64,000 nucleotides of DNA, from NCBI GenBank assembly GCA_963801815.1, contig CAWDGJ010000001.1:32001-96000 (forward strand), given 5' to 3'. Positions 22,057 to 31,841 of the stretch are shown in pieces. Every line of letters begins with the position of its first letter. Positions within the stretch are counted from its first letter, which is position 1. The stretch comes from an uncultured Verrucomicrobiae bacterium. GTDB taxonomy: Bacteria; Verrucomicrobiota; Verrucomicrobiia; Chthoniobacterales; UBA10450. The notes under the pieces are model-generated. The model did not search any database. It was not told the origin of the DNA and worked only from the letters and a program-made list of their open reading frames with translations. The translations under genes and the position numbers were made by a program.

Positions 22057-22360
22057 CTTTTTCGAGGGTCGCGAGCAGGAGATGACCGTGCAATTGCTGG
22101 ACGTAAAACTCAGCGCGCTCGCGTACGCCGCACCATAAAATCGAACGGCCTTTTTGATGCACTTCGAGCATGTGTCGCTCGGCTTTTTCGCGCGGATAAC
22201 CGAACACGCGCTGAAAGACCATCGTCACGTAGGTCATCAAGTTCACCGGGTCGTTGTGCACCACGACCTGCCACGGCACGTCGAGCTCTTCTTTGTCGCG
22301 CGTCTCGGTTTCCTTCGATGGTGCTTCAATGGTGGACGTAGAACCTCGCTCGATCTCCAT
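22049..22360 (-). CDS. clpS: ATP-dependent Clp protease adaptor
   Basis: WQVVVHNDPVNLMTYV...MLEVHQKG. Confidence 0.93.
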   Translation of the reverse strand: MEIERGSTSTIEAPSKETETRDKEELDVPWQVVVHNDPVNLMTYVTMVFQRVFGYPREKAERHMLEVHQKGRSILWCGVRERAEFYVQQLHGHLLLATLEKVV

Positions 22361-22461
22361 CTCGTTCACCGCGGAGATTCCTTCCTTGCCATCGACCCGT
22401 CCCGGGCTGGCCGCGCGCTCATTAAAAAATGCTATCACAGCGCGCCTTCAGTTCAAACCTG

Positions 22462-22911
22462 TTAGCGACGCAGCCTGTGGAGAATCGTTTTCTCGGTCGC
22501 GCGCATTTTTCGTATGCCGGCCGGATCCCGATCGTCGAACCCGTTCAGGTGAAGGAGACCATGGACAACGTAGAGCTCGAGCTCGCGGGCGAGAGCGTTT
22601 CCGAATCGGCGCGCGTTGCGAAGCGCTGTTTCAACACTGATGAAAATTTCCCCGTGCTGAAACGTCAACACATCAGTCGGACCCAGTTCGTTCATGAACC
22701 GACGATGCAACGTTGCCATGCGCCGATCGGAGATAATCAATACTGAAATCTGTTCCAACTGTTGAAGGTCCGTTTTTTTCCTGGTTGGAAGCTGGAGACA
22801 GAGCGCGGCTGCTTTTTGCGCGAACCGTTGAAGATCGACAGCATTGACGGTGATTTTCCACTGCAGGTCGCGAGCTTCAACGTGCGGGATTGGCCGAGCT
22901 TTGATTTTCAT
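22462..22911 (-). CDS. ybeY: rRNA maturation RNase
   Basis: PTDVLTF...GEIFIS...HGLLHLNGFD. Confidence 0.9.
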   Translation of the reverse strand: MKIKARPIPHVEARDLQWKITVNAVDLQRFAQKAAALCLQLPTRKKTDLQQLEQISVLIISDRRMATLHRRFMNELGPTDVLTFQHGEIFISVETALRNARRFGNALARELELYVVHGLLHLNGFDDRDPAGIRKMRATEKTILHRLRR

Positions 22912-23834
22912 AAGGCTCGGCGACGCTCGTCCAGCTCCTTCAGAAGCAGGTAAATCATTTCCGTGCGCGGCATTTGTGCGCCGATGGCCGCGGCGCGTCG
23001 AATGGGTTCGCCCCAAATCGCCTCCACCTCCAACGCCCGGCCAGTTTCCCAGTCGCTCAAGGTTGACGGTTTGTATCCAGCGATGGATTCGGTCCGCTCA
23101 ATATGTTTGCGCCAGGCGTCGCTCGGTAGTGCGTGTCCGCATTTGTTGGCCGTTGCAATCACTTCCGCCATTAATGCAAGCGTCAGTTCACGCAGGTCTT
23201 TGTGGCCAAGTATCGCGGCCGTGTCGATTCCGCCGGCCACGACAGAGAGCCCATTGAATGGAATGTTCCAGATCAATTTTCGCCAGCGCTCAAGGGCAAG
23301 ATCTTCGGTCACCGTGCTACGGACGTTTGCCCGGGTGAATTCGGTAGACACTTCGTGCGTTCGAGGTTGAGAGGGACGACCGAATTCGCCAAGAATTAGC
23401 TGACCGTAGGCATAACGCTCGACTTCGGCCTTGGAATGTCGCTCCACCGCAATGAAACAAAGCCCGCCCAGCACTCGATCCGCGGCGAAATTTGCGGCCA
23501 GGAATTCTTCGTTACCCAAGCCGTTCTGCAAAGTGAGGATCATTGTTCGTTCGTGAAGGAGTGGGGGAACAAGATCGACAAGATCGCCGTTCGAGGTTGT
23601 TTTTACCGCGACAATCACCAGATCGCACGACCCGATCTCTTTCGTGGAATTGTAACAATTGACTTTGGCGACTCGAAAGTTCTCTCCCGCGCCACGAACA
23701 AAAATTCCGCTACGCTGGACGTCGCTGAGTTCCCCGCGCATCAAGAAATGCACGTCACTTCCGGCATGGGCAAGCTTGGCGCCGTAATAGGTCCCGACTG
23801 CGCCAGCGCCGATTATCCCGATTTTCAGACCCAT
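22908..23834 (-). CDS. panE: 2-dehydropantoate 2-reductase
   Basis: IIGAGAVG, LQNGLG, WRKLIWNIPFN, LEVEAIWG. Confidence 0.92.
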   Translation of the reverse strand: MGLKIGIIGAGAVGTYYGAKLAHAGSDVHFLMRGELSDVQRSGIFVRGAGENFRVAKVNCYNSTKEIGSCDLVIVAVKTTSNGDLVDLVPPLLHERTMILTLQNGLGNEEFLAANFAADRVLGGLCFIAVERHSKAEVERYAYGQLILGEFGRPSQPRTHEVSTEFTRANVRSTVTEDLALERWRKLIWNIPFNGLSVVAGGIDTAAILGHKDLRELTLALMAEVIATANKCGHALPSDAWRKHIERTESIAGYKPSTLSDWETGRALEVEAIWGEPIRRAAAIGAQMPRTEMIYLLLKELDERRRAL

Positions 23835-24317
23835 TTAGCGATTTAGTGATTCAGAGATTTAGCGATTGAAGTGACGAAGCAGTTATCGATTTCGTTTCGC
23901 TGTGGTGAGAGACGCGGAGAATATCTTTAGGAGCTGCTCACACTCGCTCATAAGTGACCCAACGATTTGCTTACTGATGAGCTGCGACTCTACCAGAAGC
24001 TCAAGCCAGAACAGTGTCTCGTCTGCCTCTTCAGCGACGACGCTAATTTTCGATATAAAATCTGGGCGAGAACGTGCTCGACAGGTCGCGCGATAATTCG
24101 CCGCAACCGATGTTCCTGCGCGAACAAACTGCCGCCCAATTATTCGAGATACTTCCTCTTTCGGAAGTTGGCTGAACACTTTTAGGATCCGAATTGCGAA
24201 GTTTTTTGTTCTTTGCTGTAACTGTTTGGCATCCTGGAGGGTATTCATTCCCGACGTTTAACCATGGATGGGAGCTCAATGAAATCGTTAAATCACTAAT
24301 CGTTAAATCGTTAAATG
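23832..24317. mobile_element. Putative element: four-helix-bundle gene bracketed by inverted octamer-repeat arms
   Basis: Left CATTTAGCG-ATTTAGTG-ATTCAGAG-ATTTAGCG; right CGTTAAAT-CACTAAT-CGTTAAAT-CGTTAAATG; empty copy at 28308-28424. Confidence 0.55.
23883..24248 (-). CDS. Four helix bundle protein (TIGR02436 / 23S-IVS-protein-like)
   Basis: GRQFVRAGTSVAANYR...F..K...EEADETLFWLELL. Confidence 0.93.
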   Translation of the reverse strand: MNTLQDAKQLQQRTKNFAIRILKVFSQLPKEEVSRIIGRQFVRAGTSVAANYRATCRARSRPDFISKISVVAEEADETLFWLELLVESQLISKQIVGSLMSECEQLLKIFSASLTTAKRNR

Positions 24318-24320
24318 TTT

Positions 24321-25601
24321 TTACTCCGGTGGTCTTTGCTCGGATCGGAAGTTTCGCGTGATCAATCGTGCGCCTTTGTTGAAACTCAAATAGGCCCAGG
24401 CCCACTGAAACAGCACCACGAAACGGTTTCGAAATCCGACGAGAAAAATGATGTGGACAAACAACCATGCCAGCCAGGCCGGAAATCCCTTCAAGTGGAC
24501 GAGTCTCAAGTCGGCGACCGCTTTGTTCCGGCCGATCGTCGCCATGCTGCCCTTGTCGAAATACCAAAAGCGTTGGGGCTTTTCGCCGTCGATCATCATC
24601 AGAATATTTCGCGCGGCATGACGGCCTTGTTGCATCGCAACTGGCGAGACTCCCGGTAACGGCTGACCGGTTTGATACGGAAAATTCGCGAGATCCCCGA
24701 TCACCTGCACTTCCGGATGATTCGGAATCGTCAGATCGTTGTTGACCAGCACGCGTCCTACCCGATCGACCGGCACGCCTAACGATTTGCCGACGAAGGA
24801 CGCGTTGTTCCCGGCCGCCCAGATTTTCACCCGGGATGGAATGAATTCGTCGCCAACCTGCAGGCCCTGGTCCGAAAGATTTGTCGCGTGAATGCCGGTT
24901 CGCACTTCCACGCCAAGGTCGGCCAACTGTTTCATGGCACTATCGCGCAGGTCGTCGGGATACGATGCGAGCACTTTTGGTTCGCCTTCGACCAAGATCA
25001 CCCGCGCCTGCGAAGGATCGATGTGGCGAAAATCCTTGGCCAGGGTGTAACGCGCGATCTCAGCAATCGCGCCTGCCATTTCCACGCCGGTCGGCCCACC
25101 GCCGACAATCACGAATGTCATTGCCGCTTTGCGTGCGGCTTCGTCTGAAGTTCTCTCAGCGTATTCGAATGCCATCAGAATGCGGCGGCGAATTTCGACG
25201 GCGTCTTCCAAGCTTTTCAGCCCGGGCGCGAGTCGTTCCCACTCCGGGTGCCCGAAGTAGGAATGCCGCGCGCCCGTAGCGACGATGAGATAATCGTATT
25301 CGACCTCGCCATCGGTCAGTTTCACTTTCTTTGCGCTGACGTCGATCGATTGCACTTCAGCCAGCATGACTTCCACGTTTTTGCATTTACTGAGAACACC
25401 GCGCACGGGTGCGGCGATGTCTGCCGGCGAAAGCGCCGCGGTCGCGACCTGATAAAGCAACGGCTGGAACAAATGGTAATTCGTCCGGTCGATCACCGTC
25501 ACGCGCACGTCTTTGCAGGCCAGCTTCTTCGCGGCCTCAAGCCCGCCGAAACCGGCGCCGATGATCACAACGCGCGGAACCCTCGCCTGCGATGTTTCCA
25601 T
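24321..25601 (-). CDS. ndh: Type II NADH dehydrogenase
   Basis: IIGAGFGGL, HLFQPLLYQVATA, IVGGGPTGVEMAG, DKGSMATIGR. Confidence 0.95.
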   Translation of the reverse strand: METSQARVPRVVIIGAGFGGLEAAKKLACKDVRVTVIDRTNYHLFQPLLYQVATAALSPADIAAPVRGVLSKCKNVEVMLAEVQSIDVSAKKVKLTDGEVEYDYLIVATGARHSYFGHPEWERLAPGLKSLEDAVEIRRRILMAFEYAERTSDEAARKAAMTFVIVGGGPTGVEMAGAIAEIARYTLAKDFRHIDPSQARVILVEGEPKVLASYPDDLRDSAMKQLADLGVEVRTGIHATNLSDQGLQVGDEFIPSRVKIWAAGNNASFVGKSLGVPVDRVGRVLVNNDLTIPNHPEVQVIGDLANFPYQTGQPLPGVSPVAMQQGRHAARNILMMIDGEKPQRFWYFDKGSMATIGRNKAVADLRLVHLKGFPAWLAWLFVHIIFLVGFRNRFVVLFQWAWAYLSFNKGARLITRNFRSEQRPPE

Positions 25602-25632
25602 GGATCAATCTGCGCATGAGCCGCCACAATGG

Positions 25633-25751
25633 AAATCCCAAATTCCAAGCTCCAAATCTCAAACCAGCCTCAAGTCGCACTACCGAGTAAAGAGCAGCGA
25701 TTAGGCAGATTTGAAATTTGCTTGGGGCTTGGGATTTGAGATTGGAACTTT
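25633..25751. repeat. Inverted 7-mer-period repeat element
   Basis: AAATCCC-AAATTCC-AAGCTCC-AAATCTC ... TTGGGGC-TTGGGAT-TTGAGA-TTGGAAC. Confidence 0.75.
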
Positions 25752-25821
25752 CGTCGCCGCGCCGGGTGAAAGCCAAAAAATGATTTGTCATACCCGCGGC
25801 GGCATCTATCTTTCGCGCCTC

Positions 25822-26031
25822 ATGCCTAAGTCAATCGCTCGCAGCAAAACTCGCAAAGCGGTCGCCAAACGGTTCAAGATTACCGCAACCGGCAAAGTTT
25901 TGCGCGCGCAATCGTCCCGGCGTCACTTGCTTTCGGCCAAGAATGCCAAGCGCAAACGGCATCTTAGTAAGATGGCGCGCGTCGACAGAACGGACGAAGC
26001 ACGGGTCAAAGCGAACCTGCCGTTCGGTTAA
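25822..26031 (+). CDS. rpmI: 50S ribosomal protein L35
   Basis: KTRKAVAKRFKITATGKV...RRHLLSAKNAKRKRHL. Confidence 0.95.
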   Translation: MPKSIARSKTRKAVAKRFKITATGKVLRAQSSRRHLLSAKNAKRKRHLSKMARVDRTDEARVKANLPFG

Positions 26032-26037
26032 GAAGCT

Positions 26038-26095
26038 GTAGCGGCGGTGTTATGACCGCCGATGATCTGCCGGCGCAGATAGAATGACGCTCCAG
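26038..26095. repeat. GTAG-type REP (GTAGCGGCGGT-N4/5-ACCGCCG)
   Basis: Same left arm as 50362-50412. Confidence 0.6.
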
Positions 26096-26164
26096 AAACT
26101 CGCGATTTCGCGTTGTCGGTTCCTTCCACGTTGCTCAGGCACGGCCTTGCGGGTAAGTTTCCTC

Positions 26165-26260
26165 TCCGTCAGGGGCTATGGATTGAGGACTGACGAACCC
26201 CGCCAGGGCAGGAATGCAGCAACGGTAGTTTGATCCTCCTTGCCGTAGTTCTCTGGCGGA
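26165..26260 (+). ncRNA. ffs: Small bacterial SRP RNA (4.5S)
   Basis: Long terminal stem TCCGTCAGGGG...CTCTGGCGGA enclosing GAACCCCGCCAGG-GCA-GGAA-TGC-AGCAACGG helix-8 motif; followed by T-run. Confidence 0.88.
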
Positions 26261-26269
26261 CTTTTTATC

Positions 26270-26348
26270 GTTGAGAAGTTGAGGTGTTGAGAAGTTGAGA
26301 CAAAGCCCCATTCCTCTTCTCAGCGGCTTAACTCCTCAACAGCTCAAC
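26270..26348. repeat. Inverted 8-mer-period repeat element
   Basis: (GTTGAGNN)x4 ... (NNCTCAAC-like)x4. Confidence 0.8.
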
Positions 26349-26352
26349 TCTC

Positions 26353-26643
26353 GTGAAATTGCTGAAGACGAAAACAAAACGCTTCGCTGATGTCGTTGCC
26401 GAAGCCGGAAGACCTGCGCCTTACACCCTTTGGCAAAAACCGGCGCAGGACCGGCATTTACAGTCGGAAATCAAGAATAACCGGGTGATGACGATCTTGA
26501 AGACCGAAGCGGGGAGCGAATTTGGAATGGTTGGATTCAAAGAAAAAAAAGGCGTGAGCTATCTCATTTTTTCGAAATCGTTGAAGCGTTTCGAGAACAG
26601 GCGGATCGTTGGAATCAATTGGGACTTACTCAAAACGCGATGA
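26353..26643 (+). CDS. Small basic hypothetical protein
   Basis: 96-aa ORF whose stop overlaps the moeB start (ATGA). Confidence 0.65.
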   Translation: MKLLKTKTKRFADVVAEAGRPAPYTLWQKPAQDRHLQSEIKNNRVMTILKTEAGSEFGMVGFKEKKGVSYLIFSKSLKRFENRRIVGINWDLLKTR

Positions 26644-27762
26644 CGAAGGACGAGCAATTGCGCTACTCGCGGCACATGATCATGCCCGAGGTGGGCCCGG
26701 AAGGGCAAAAGCGGCTGAATGAGGCGCGCGTGTTGTGCATCGGCGCAGGCGGACTCGGTTCGCCGGCTGCGCTTTATCTTGCTGCGGCCGGAATCGGCAA
26801 GCTTGGTCTGGTCGATTTCGACGATGTCGATCTTAGCAATCTTCAGCGCCAGATTTTGCATGGTACTGAAAGATGTCGGACGGAAAAAACTGGATTCGGC
26901 GCGCGATCGTTTGCGCGACGTGAACCCGGGCATCGAGATTGAAACGCACGAGTGCCGCTTCACGAGCGCAAATGCGATGGCAATTGTATCGAAGTACGAC
27001 GTGGTCGTCGACGGCTCGGATAATTTCCCGACGCGCTATTTGTCGAACGACGTCTGCGTATTCGCCAAAAAGCCAAACGTTTACGGATCAGTTTTTCGAT
27101 TCGACGGCCAGACTACCGTGTTCGCGCCCCATCTTGGTGGGCCATGTTACCGCTGTTTGTTTCCGGAACCGCCGCCGCCCGGTTCGGTTCCAAACTGCGC
27201 GCAAGCCGGCGTCCTCGGCGTTTTGCCGGGAATTATCGGAACGATCCAGGCCAGCGAAACGATCAAGTTGATTTTGGGAGTTGGCGAACCGCTGATCGGC
27301 CGACTGCTCTATTTCGATGCGCTGAAAATGAAGTTTCGTGAATTCAATCTTCGCCGCGACCCGGAGTGCCCGGTTTGCGGCGATTCACCGACCATCACCA
27401 AGCCGATCGACTATGAACAATTTTGCGGGGTCTCGACCAATGCCATTCCGACGGTTTCAGTGCGCCAGCTCAAACAAAAGATGGATGGGCATGAATCTTT
27501 TCAGCTGGTGGATGTTCGCGAGCCGCTAGAATATGAATTAGCGAACATCAACGGCGCGCGATTGATTCCGCTTGGAGAATTGTCTGATCGATTAAACGAG
27601 CTGGACCGCACGCAACTAACGATCGTGCATTGTCACAGCGGCCAGCGGAGTGCGCAGGCGGTGCGCTTGTTACGCGACGCGGGGTTCGCGAACGTGTTTA
27701 ATCTCGAGGGCGGCATAGCGAGATGGTCGGACGAAATCGATTCCGATGTGCCGCAATACTAG
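26640..27762 (+). CDS. moeB: MoeB/ThiF adenylyltransferase with rhodanese domain (MoeZ-like); frameshift ~26865
   Basis: [27 protein letters not shown]; rhodanese DVRE and HCHSGQRS. Confidence 0.92.
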
Positions 27763-28310
27763 TTTTGTTTGAGGGCGGCGGTTAGCTCCTCCGCGCTGGG
27801 AACATCACTCCAGTGCTTCATGAGTTCTCCATTTTTCCCAAAAACAAAAACGTGAAAAAGACCGGTGGCGAATTGTGAACCGAGCTGGGTCGTGATCGTG
27901 CCTTCGAAATCGGCGGCGACGAAGACGTCTTTGCGCGCGTCTCGTGCGATCTTCAATTGATCGTAGCGGGTCTGAAGCTGTTGCGCCTCCGAATTAACGC
28001 GTCGGCGCATTACCGACGTCATGAAGGCGCGGACGGGCCTGGTGTGTTTTTCAAACGCGACAATGGTGATCATCCGGTAATTCGGATTTCCGAGGCAAAA
28101 ATCCGGCGTTCGATCGCCCACAGCATGGGCTTTGTCGACGTTCGCTTTGCTGACGAGAACCAGTGTCGTGGTGTGACCATCCGAGGTCGACAGAGCGTTA
28201 CTGTCAACATCGACGAAACTAATTCGATAGGCTTGGCCCGCCGTTAGATCGGCGTAGATAGACATGGAAGTGATCCAAATCGTGGTTGCGATGAGAATGA
28301 GCCGTTTCAT
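27759..28310 (-). CDS. Exported hypothetical protein (possible thioredoxin-like fold)
   Basis: Signal peptide; D..G..T..LG...VFVFGKNGEL...W pattern. Confidence 0.6.
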   Translation of the reverse strand: MKRLILIATTIWITSMSIYADLTAGQAYRISFVDVDSNALSTSDGHTTTLVLVSKANVDKAHAVGDRTPDFCLGNPNYRMITIVAFEKHTRPVRAFMTSVMRRRVNSEAQQLQTRYDQLKIARDARKDVFVAADFEGTITTQLGSQFATGLFHVFVFGKNGELMKHWSDVPSAEELTAALKQN

Positions 28311-28424
28311 TTAACGGGTCAGCGATTTACCGATTGAGTGAATAAAAGAAATGAAGAAGTTTGTAACGCATTTGGAAGCAGGTAACACAATCGGTAAGTC
28401 AGGGAATCGTTAATTCGTTAAATG
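28308..28424. repeat. Empty (MITE-like) copy of the octamer-arm element
   Basis: Perfect 9-bp terminal IR CATTTAACG...CGTTAAATG; internal 8-mer arms; both termini supply the ATG of a flanking gene. Confidence 0.7.
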
Positions 28425-29096
28425 TCACGATATCGAGCAATTCAACATTTTGGCCACTGCCTACTGGTCGTGTTACTGCTTGGCGGTTGCGAGCGGATGG
28501 TAACGTCGCGCAATACCCAAAGAATCAAAGAGGCAGACTGGAAGGCGGCCCAAGGCGAATATCTCTGGGCAATCAATCTGTACGAATCCGCGCTCGACGG
28601 CACTCCGCAGTCCGCGGAGGTGCATTACAAGCTTGCGTTGCTTTACGATGACAAGCTAAACGATCCGCTTCAGGCTCTTCATCATTTCAAGCGCTATCTG
28701 GTGCTCAATCCGGAAGGATCGCACGCGGCGGAGGTCAGAGATTTTATGAAGCGGGACGAACTTGCGCTGGGTACAAGCTTGTCCGGGGATTCGGTCGTCA
28801 CCCGGGCTGAGGCCGCGCGTTTGCGAAACGAAAATCTCAACCTGCATCGCGAGATTGAAGAAGGACACCCCCGGCCGGGCGCGGCCAAGTCACCCTCCCG
28901 TCACGGAGCCAAGGAGAAATCGAGTGGCTCACAAAGCTACACCGTGAAGGATGGCGACACGCTCGCCTCCATTTCACGCAAGTTCTACAAGACGTCAAAA
29001 CGATGGCGCGACATTCTCGACGCCAACGAAAAGAAAATCGATGATCCCGACAATTTGAAAGCCGGTCAAACATTGAAAATACCGCCTAACGACTGA
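28422..29096 (+). CDS. Lipoprotein with TPR and C-terminal LysM domain
   Basis: LLGGC lipobox; TPR-like AEVHYKLALLY; YTVKDGDTLASIS...LKAGQTLKIP. Confidence 0.88.
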   Translation: MSRYRAIQHFGHCLLVVLLLGGCERMVTSRNTQRIKEADWKAAQGEYLWAINLYESALDGTPQSAEVHYKLALLYDDKLNDPLQALHHFKRYLVLNPEGSHAAEVRDFMKRDELALGTSLSGDSVVTRAEAARLRNENLNLHREIEEGHPRPGAAKSPSRHGAKEKSSGSQSYTVKDGDTLASISRKFYKTSKRWRDILDANEKKIDDPDNLKAGQTLKIPPND

Positions 29097-29124
29097 TTGT
29101 CGAAGCAGGGACGATTGGAACATA

Positions 29125-30039
29125 ATGCCAGCGACATTAATTACGCGAATCGCGCCGGACGTAGGCTGGTTACCGGTGAGCTTTGCCAATGTTTACTTTA
29201 TAGGACGCCCAGGTGGTAAATGGATATTGGTCGACGCCGGTTTCCCTGGGTGGGCCACGGAGATTCGTCACGCGGCCGAAGCGCGATTCGGCTCCGGCTC
29301 GCGGCCGGAGGCGATTGTTCTCACCCACGGTCACCTCGATCATGCGGGTTCGGCCTTGGCCCTGGCGAACATATGGGATGTTCAAATTTTTGTTCATCCA
29401 CTTGAGTTCCCATATTTGACCGGCAAATCGCTGTATCCTCCCGCGGACCCAACGGTTGGCGGCGCCACCGCTTTTCTGTCGCGGTTTTTGCCGACACGTC
29501 GTCGCGACCTCGGCGGACGGCTTCGAGAATTGCATCGGCATCGAGTTCCCGGAGCAGCCGGCTGGCAATGGATGCCGACGCCGGGCCATTCTCCCGGACA
29601 CGTCTGCTTTTTCAGGGAATCGGATCGGATTCTCCTGACCGGCGACGCGCTGGTGAGCGTCGACATGGATTCGTGGCGCGGTTTGATCTCGTCGAAACCC
29701 AAATTGTTCGGGCCGCCGGCGCCGTTCACGATCGATTGGGATGCCGCGCGCGCATCGTTGAAAGAGCTCGCCAATCTGCGTCCCAACGTCGTCGGTTGCG
29801 GTCATGGCGCGCCGATCTCCGATTCTAACCTTGCCGAACGCCTGGAGAAATTCGCGGCCCGATTTCGTGGGCCGCGCCGGGGCCGTTATGTAAATCGGCC
29901 GGCACGGACCAACCAAGACGGAATTGTCGATCTTCCGCCCGCGCCGTTTGATCCAGTTCCGTTCGCGACTGCGGCGGCGCTATTCTGCGTCGGGCTCGCG
30001 CTCGGCGCGGGTCATTTCGACGAACACGACCGCAAGTAG
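29125..30039 (+). CDS. MBL-fold metallo-hydrolase
   Basis: THGHLDHAG, TPGHSPGH, TGDA, CGHG. Confidence 0.92.
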   Translation: MPATLITRIAPDVGWLPVSFANVYFIGRPGGKWILVDAGFPGWATEIRHAAEARFGSGSRPEAIVLTHGHLDHAGSALALANIWDVQIFVHPLEFPYLTGKSLYPPADPTVGGATAFLSRFLPTRRRDLGGRLRELHRHRVPGAAGWQWMPTPGHSPGHVCFFRESDRILLTGDALVSVDMDSWRGLISSKPKLFGPPAPFTIDWDAARASLKELANLRPNVVGCGHGAPISDSNLAERLEKFAARFRGPRRGRYVNRPARTNQDGIVDLPPAPFDPVPFATAAALFCVGLALGAGHFDEHDRK

Positions 30040-30071
30040 AGTTGGCGCGCGTCTGCTCTACGGACGCTGCT

Positions 30072-30872
30072 TCAGCAGATCCCGTCCGGAGGCTGCGTCG
30101 GCCGTGCAGGAGGCGGGGTCGCGCTTGGCCGCGCGAAGATACTTTGATCGATAGTATCGTGAGAGGTGGGGTCGATCAGTTGCGAAGCCGCCGGCCCGGT
30201 CCGTTGCCGGTCACATTCAGCCACTAGCAGAGGCCAACTTGGGAGCTTGTGCGAAAAACCGGTGATCAAGAGTCCGTTGCTAATCGCTTTGCAAACGTCG
30301 AATTCCTGCGGCTGCGGCAGCACTGTTGCGTTTGGCGGGAAGACGAGGATTTGTCCTGAGTGCAAGTGTCGATGGTCGGATGGATTGTTTTTCAGCCACA
30401 GGTCGCCGTTGCCTTCAAAAATGAGGACCTTGTTCCAAGATTTGTTGTGCGATTCCCAAATTCCGGTGAAACCGCTGACTGCGCAGGTTGCGACTCCGGA
30501 GGAAATTTTGACCGTGCCGGTTTCTGTCGGGGCTGTCATTAGAATAGCCCCGCTCCCGAGATTATAAGTGTGAGCGGTTGCGCCAAAACTGAAGACGGTG
30601 TTCGCGCCGAGCCGGGTCAATGTTTGGTCTGAAAACATAAGTTCGGCGCGCGAATCGGTGCCGGTGCGAACGGCCGTGCCCTCGTTCACGGCGTCGTTGA
30701 CGACGGCAGGACGCCCGGCTGCCCCTCTGAGCAGACGAACGTCGCGAATTACTTCAGTCACCCGGGCTTGCTTTCTTTCCGCGGCCAGCATGACGGTGAC
30801 GACCATGATGACGGAAAGACTGACGACTGCCACGAGACTTAATTTTGGATGCAATGTTTTCATTACCGTCAT
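30072..30872 (-). CDS. Exported FecR-domain protein
   Basis: Signal peptide; VRTGTDSRAELMFSDQTLTRLGANT. Confidence 0.85.
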   Translation of the reverse strand: MTVMKTLHPKLSLVAVVSLSVIMVVTVMLAAERKQARVTEVIRDVRLLRGAAGRPAVVNDAVNEGTAVRTGTDSRAELMFSDQTLTRLGANTVFSFGATAHTYNLGSGAILMTAPTETGTVKISSGVATCAVSGFTGIWESHNKSWNKVLIFEGNGDLWLKNNPSDHRHLHSGQILVFPPNATVLPQPQEFDVCKAISNGLLITGFSHKLPSWPLLVAECDRQRTGPAASQLIDPTSHDTIDQSIFARPSATPPPARPTQPPDGIC

Positions 30873-30878
30873 CGCCTC

Positions 30879-31841
30879 CTAAAACTTGACCGAGAATTCA
30901 AGGGCACCGCCAGCGTTGCCCACATCGTAGTCAAACTGGTCCTGGTTCGAATCGCTATGCGCAAACGAGCTGATGGCACTAACCCAACACCAGTCGGTGA
31001 CGCGATAGGTGGCCGTGGCTGAGATGATTTCACTGATCTCGTTGCGGCCGTTCTGGTGGTAATCGCGCACCACGAAACGGCCGACTGCTCCAATGGAAAA
31101 TGCCCGCGTAAGACCGACAGAATAGCCGATGTAGCTCTCATAATCGTTGCGGCGCGGCGATTGATGGTCCGCGGCCACGCTGAGGTAGGTGTCTGCACCC
31201 ACGGTGACTTGCTGGGCGCGGCCAAACCGAAATGGCAGCTCCGCGTCGAGAAGGATCTGGTGATTGGAAAAAAATTCGTTGCCCAACTGGTCGCCGTCGG
31301 TAAGCCGGTTGAAATCGTACCAGGCCCGCAACATTAGATTGTGAAACTGCGGGAGAAAATAGGTGAGACCCGCCTGGCAATCGAGGCTGCCGAAGTCGAA
31401 CGAGGTGTATTTGCCGTAATAAAAAATCTGTTCCTGTGCGCCGAGATGGGCGTAAAGATTCTGAGCAATTCTCGGATCGTAAAAAACGGACGCCATCGGG
31501 GCAATTATCACGTCGCCGACCTCGCCGGTGTTCGTGAGCGCAACGTTTGATGTGTAAAAAATCGGCGTCGAGACCGACGCGGTGAACGGCTGATACGTTT
31601 CGGTGCGCTTAAGGATTTGCTGCTCGCCTAAATCAGCATCGTTGGGACTGGGCGCCACCTGATCGCCAATCACTCCACTGTTAGGCGCCGTAGACGCAAC
31701 CAGTGATTGGTTCTGGGCTTGCACCAGCGCCACCTGGTTTAGCTGAACAATCTGCGCTCGGGCAGAGAGCAGGGGTGCGATGAGGAGCACCACGGGTGCC
31801 CACCGTGCGGAACAGAAAATTCTCAGGCGGCGCGTTATCAT
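30879..31841 (-). CDS. Outer-membrane beta-barrel protein
   Basis: Signal peptide, alternating amphipathic aromatic strands, C-terminal LEFSVKF. Confidence 0.8.
   Translation of the reverse strand: MITRRLRIFCSARWAPVVLLIAPLLSARAQIVQLNQVALVQAQNQSLVASTAPNSGVIGDQVAPSPNDADLGEQQILKRTETYQPFTASVSTPIFYTSNVALTNTGEVGDVIIAPMASVFYDPRIAQNLYAHLGAQEQIFYYGKYTSFDFGSLDCQAGLTYFLPQFHNLMLRAWYDFNRLTDGDQLGNEFFSNHQILLDAELPFRFGRAQQVTVGADTYLSVAADHQSPRRNDYESYIGYSVGLTRAFSIGAVGRFVVRDYHQNGRNEISEIISATATYRVTDWCWVSAISSFAHSDSNQDQFDYDVGNAGGALEFSVKF

Noticed and set aside
23883..24248. Diversity-generating retroelement (Avd-like gene)
   Set aside because: No reverse transcriptase and no TR/VR pair with adenine-specific mismatches in the window.
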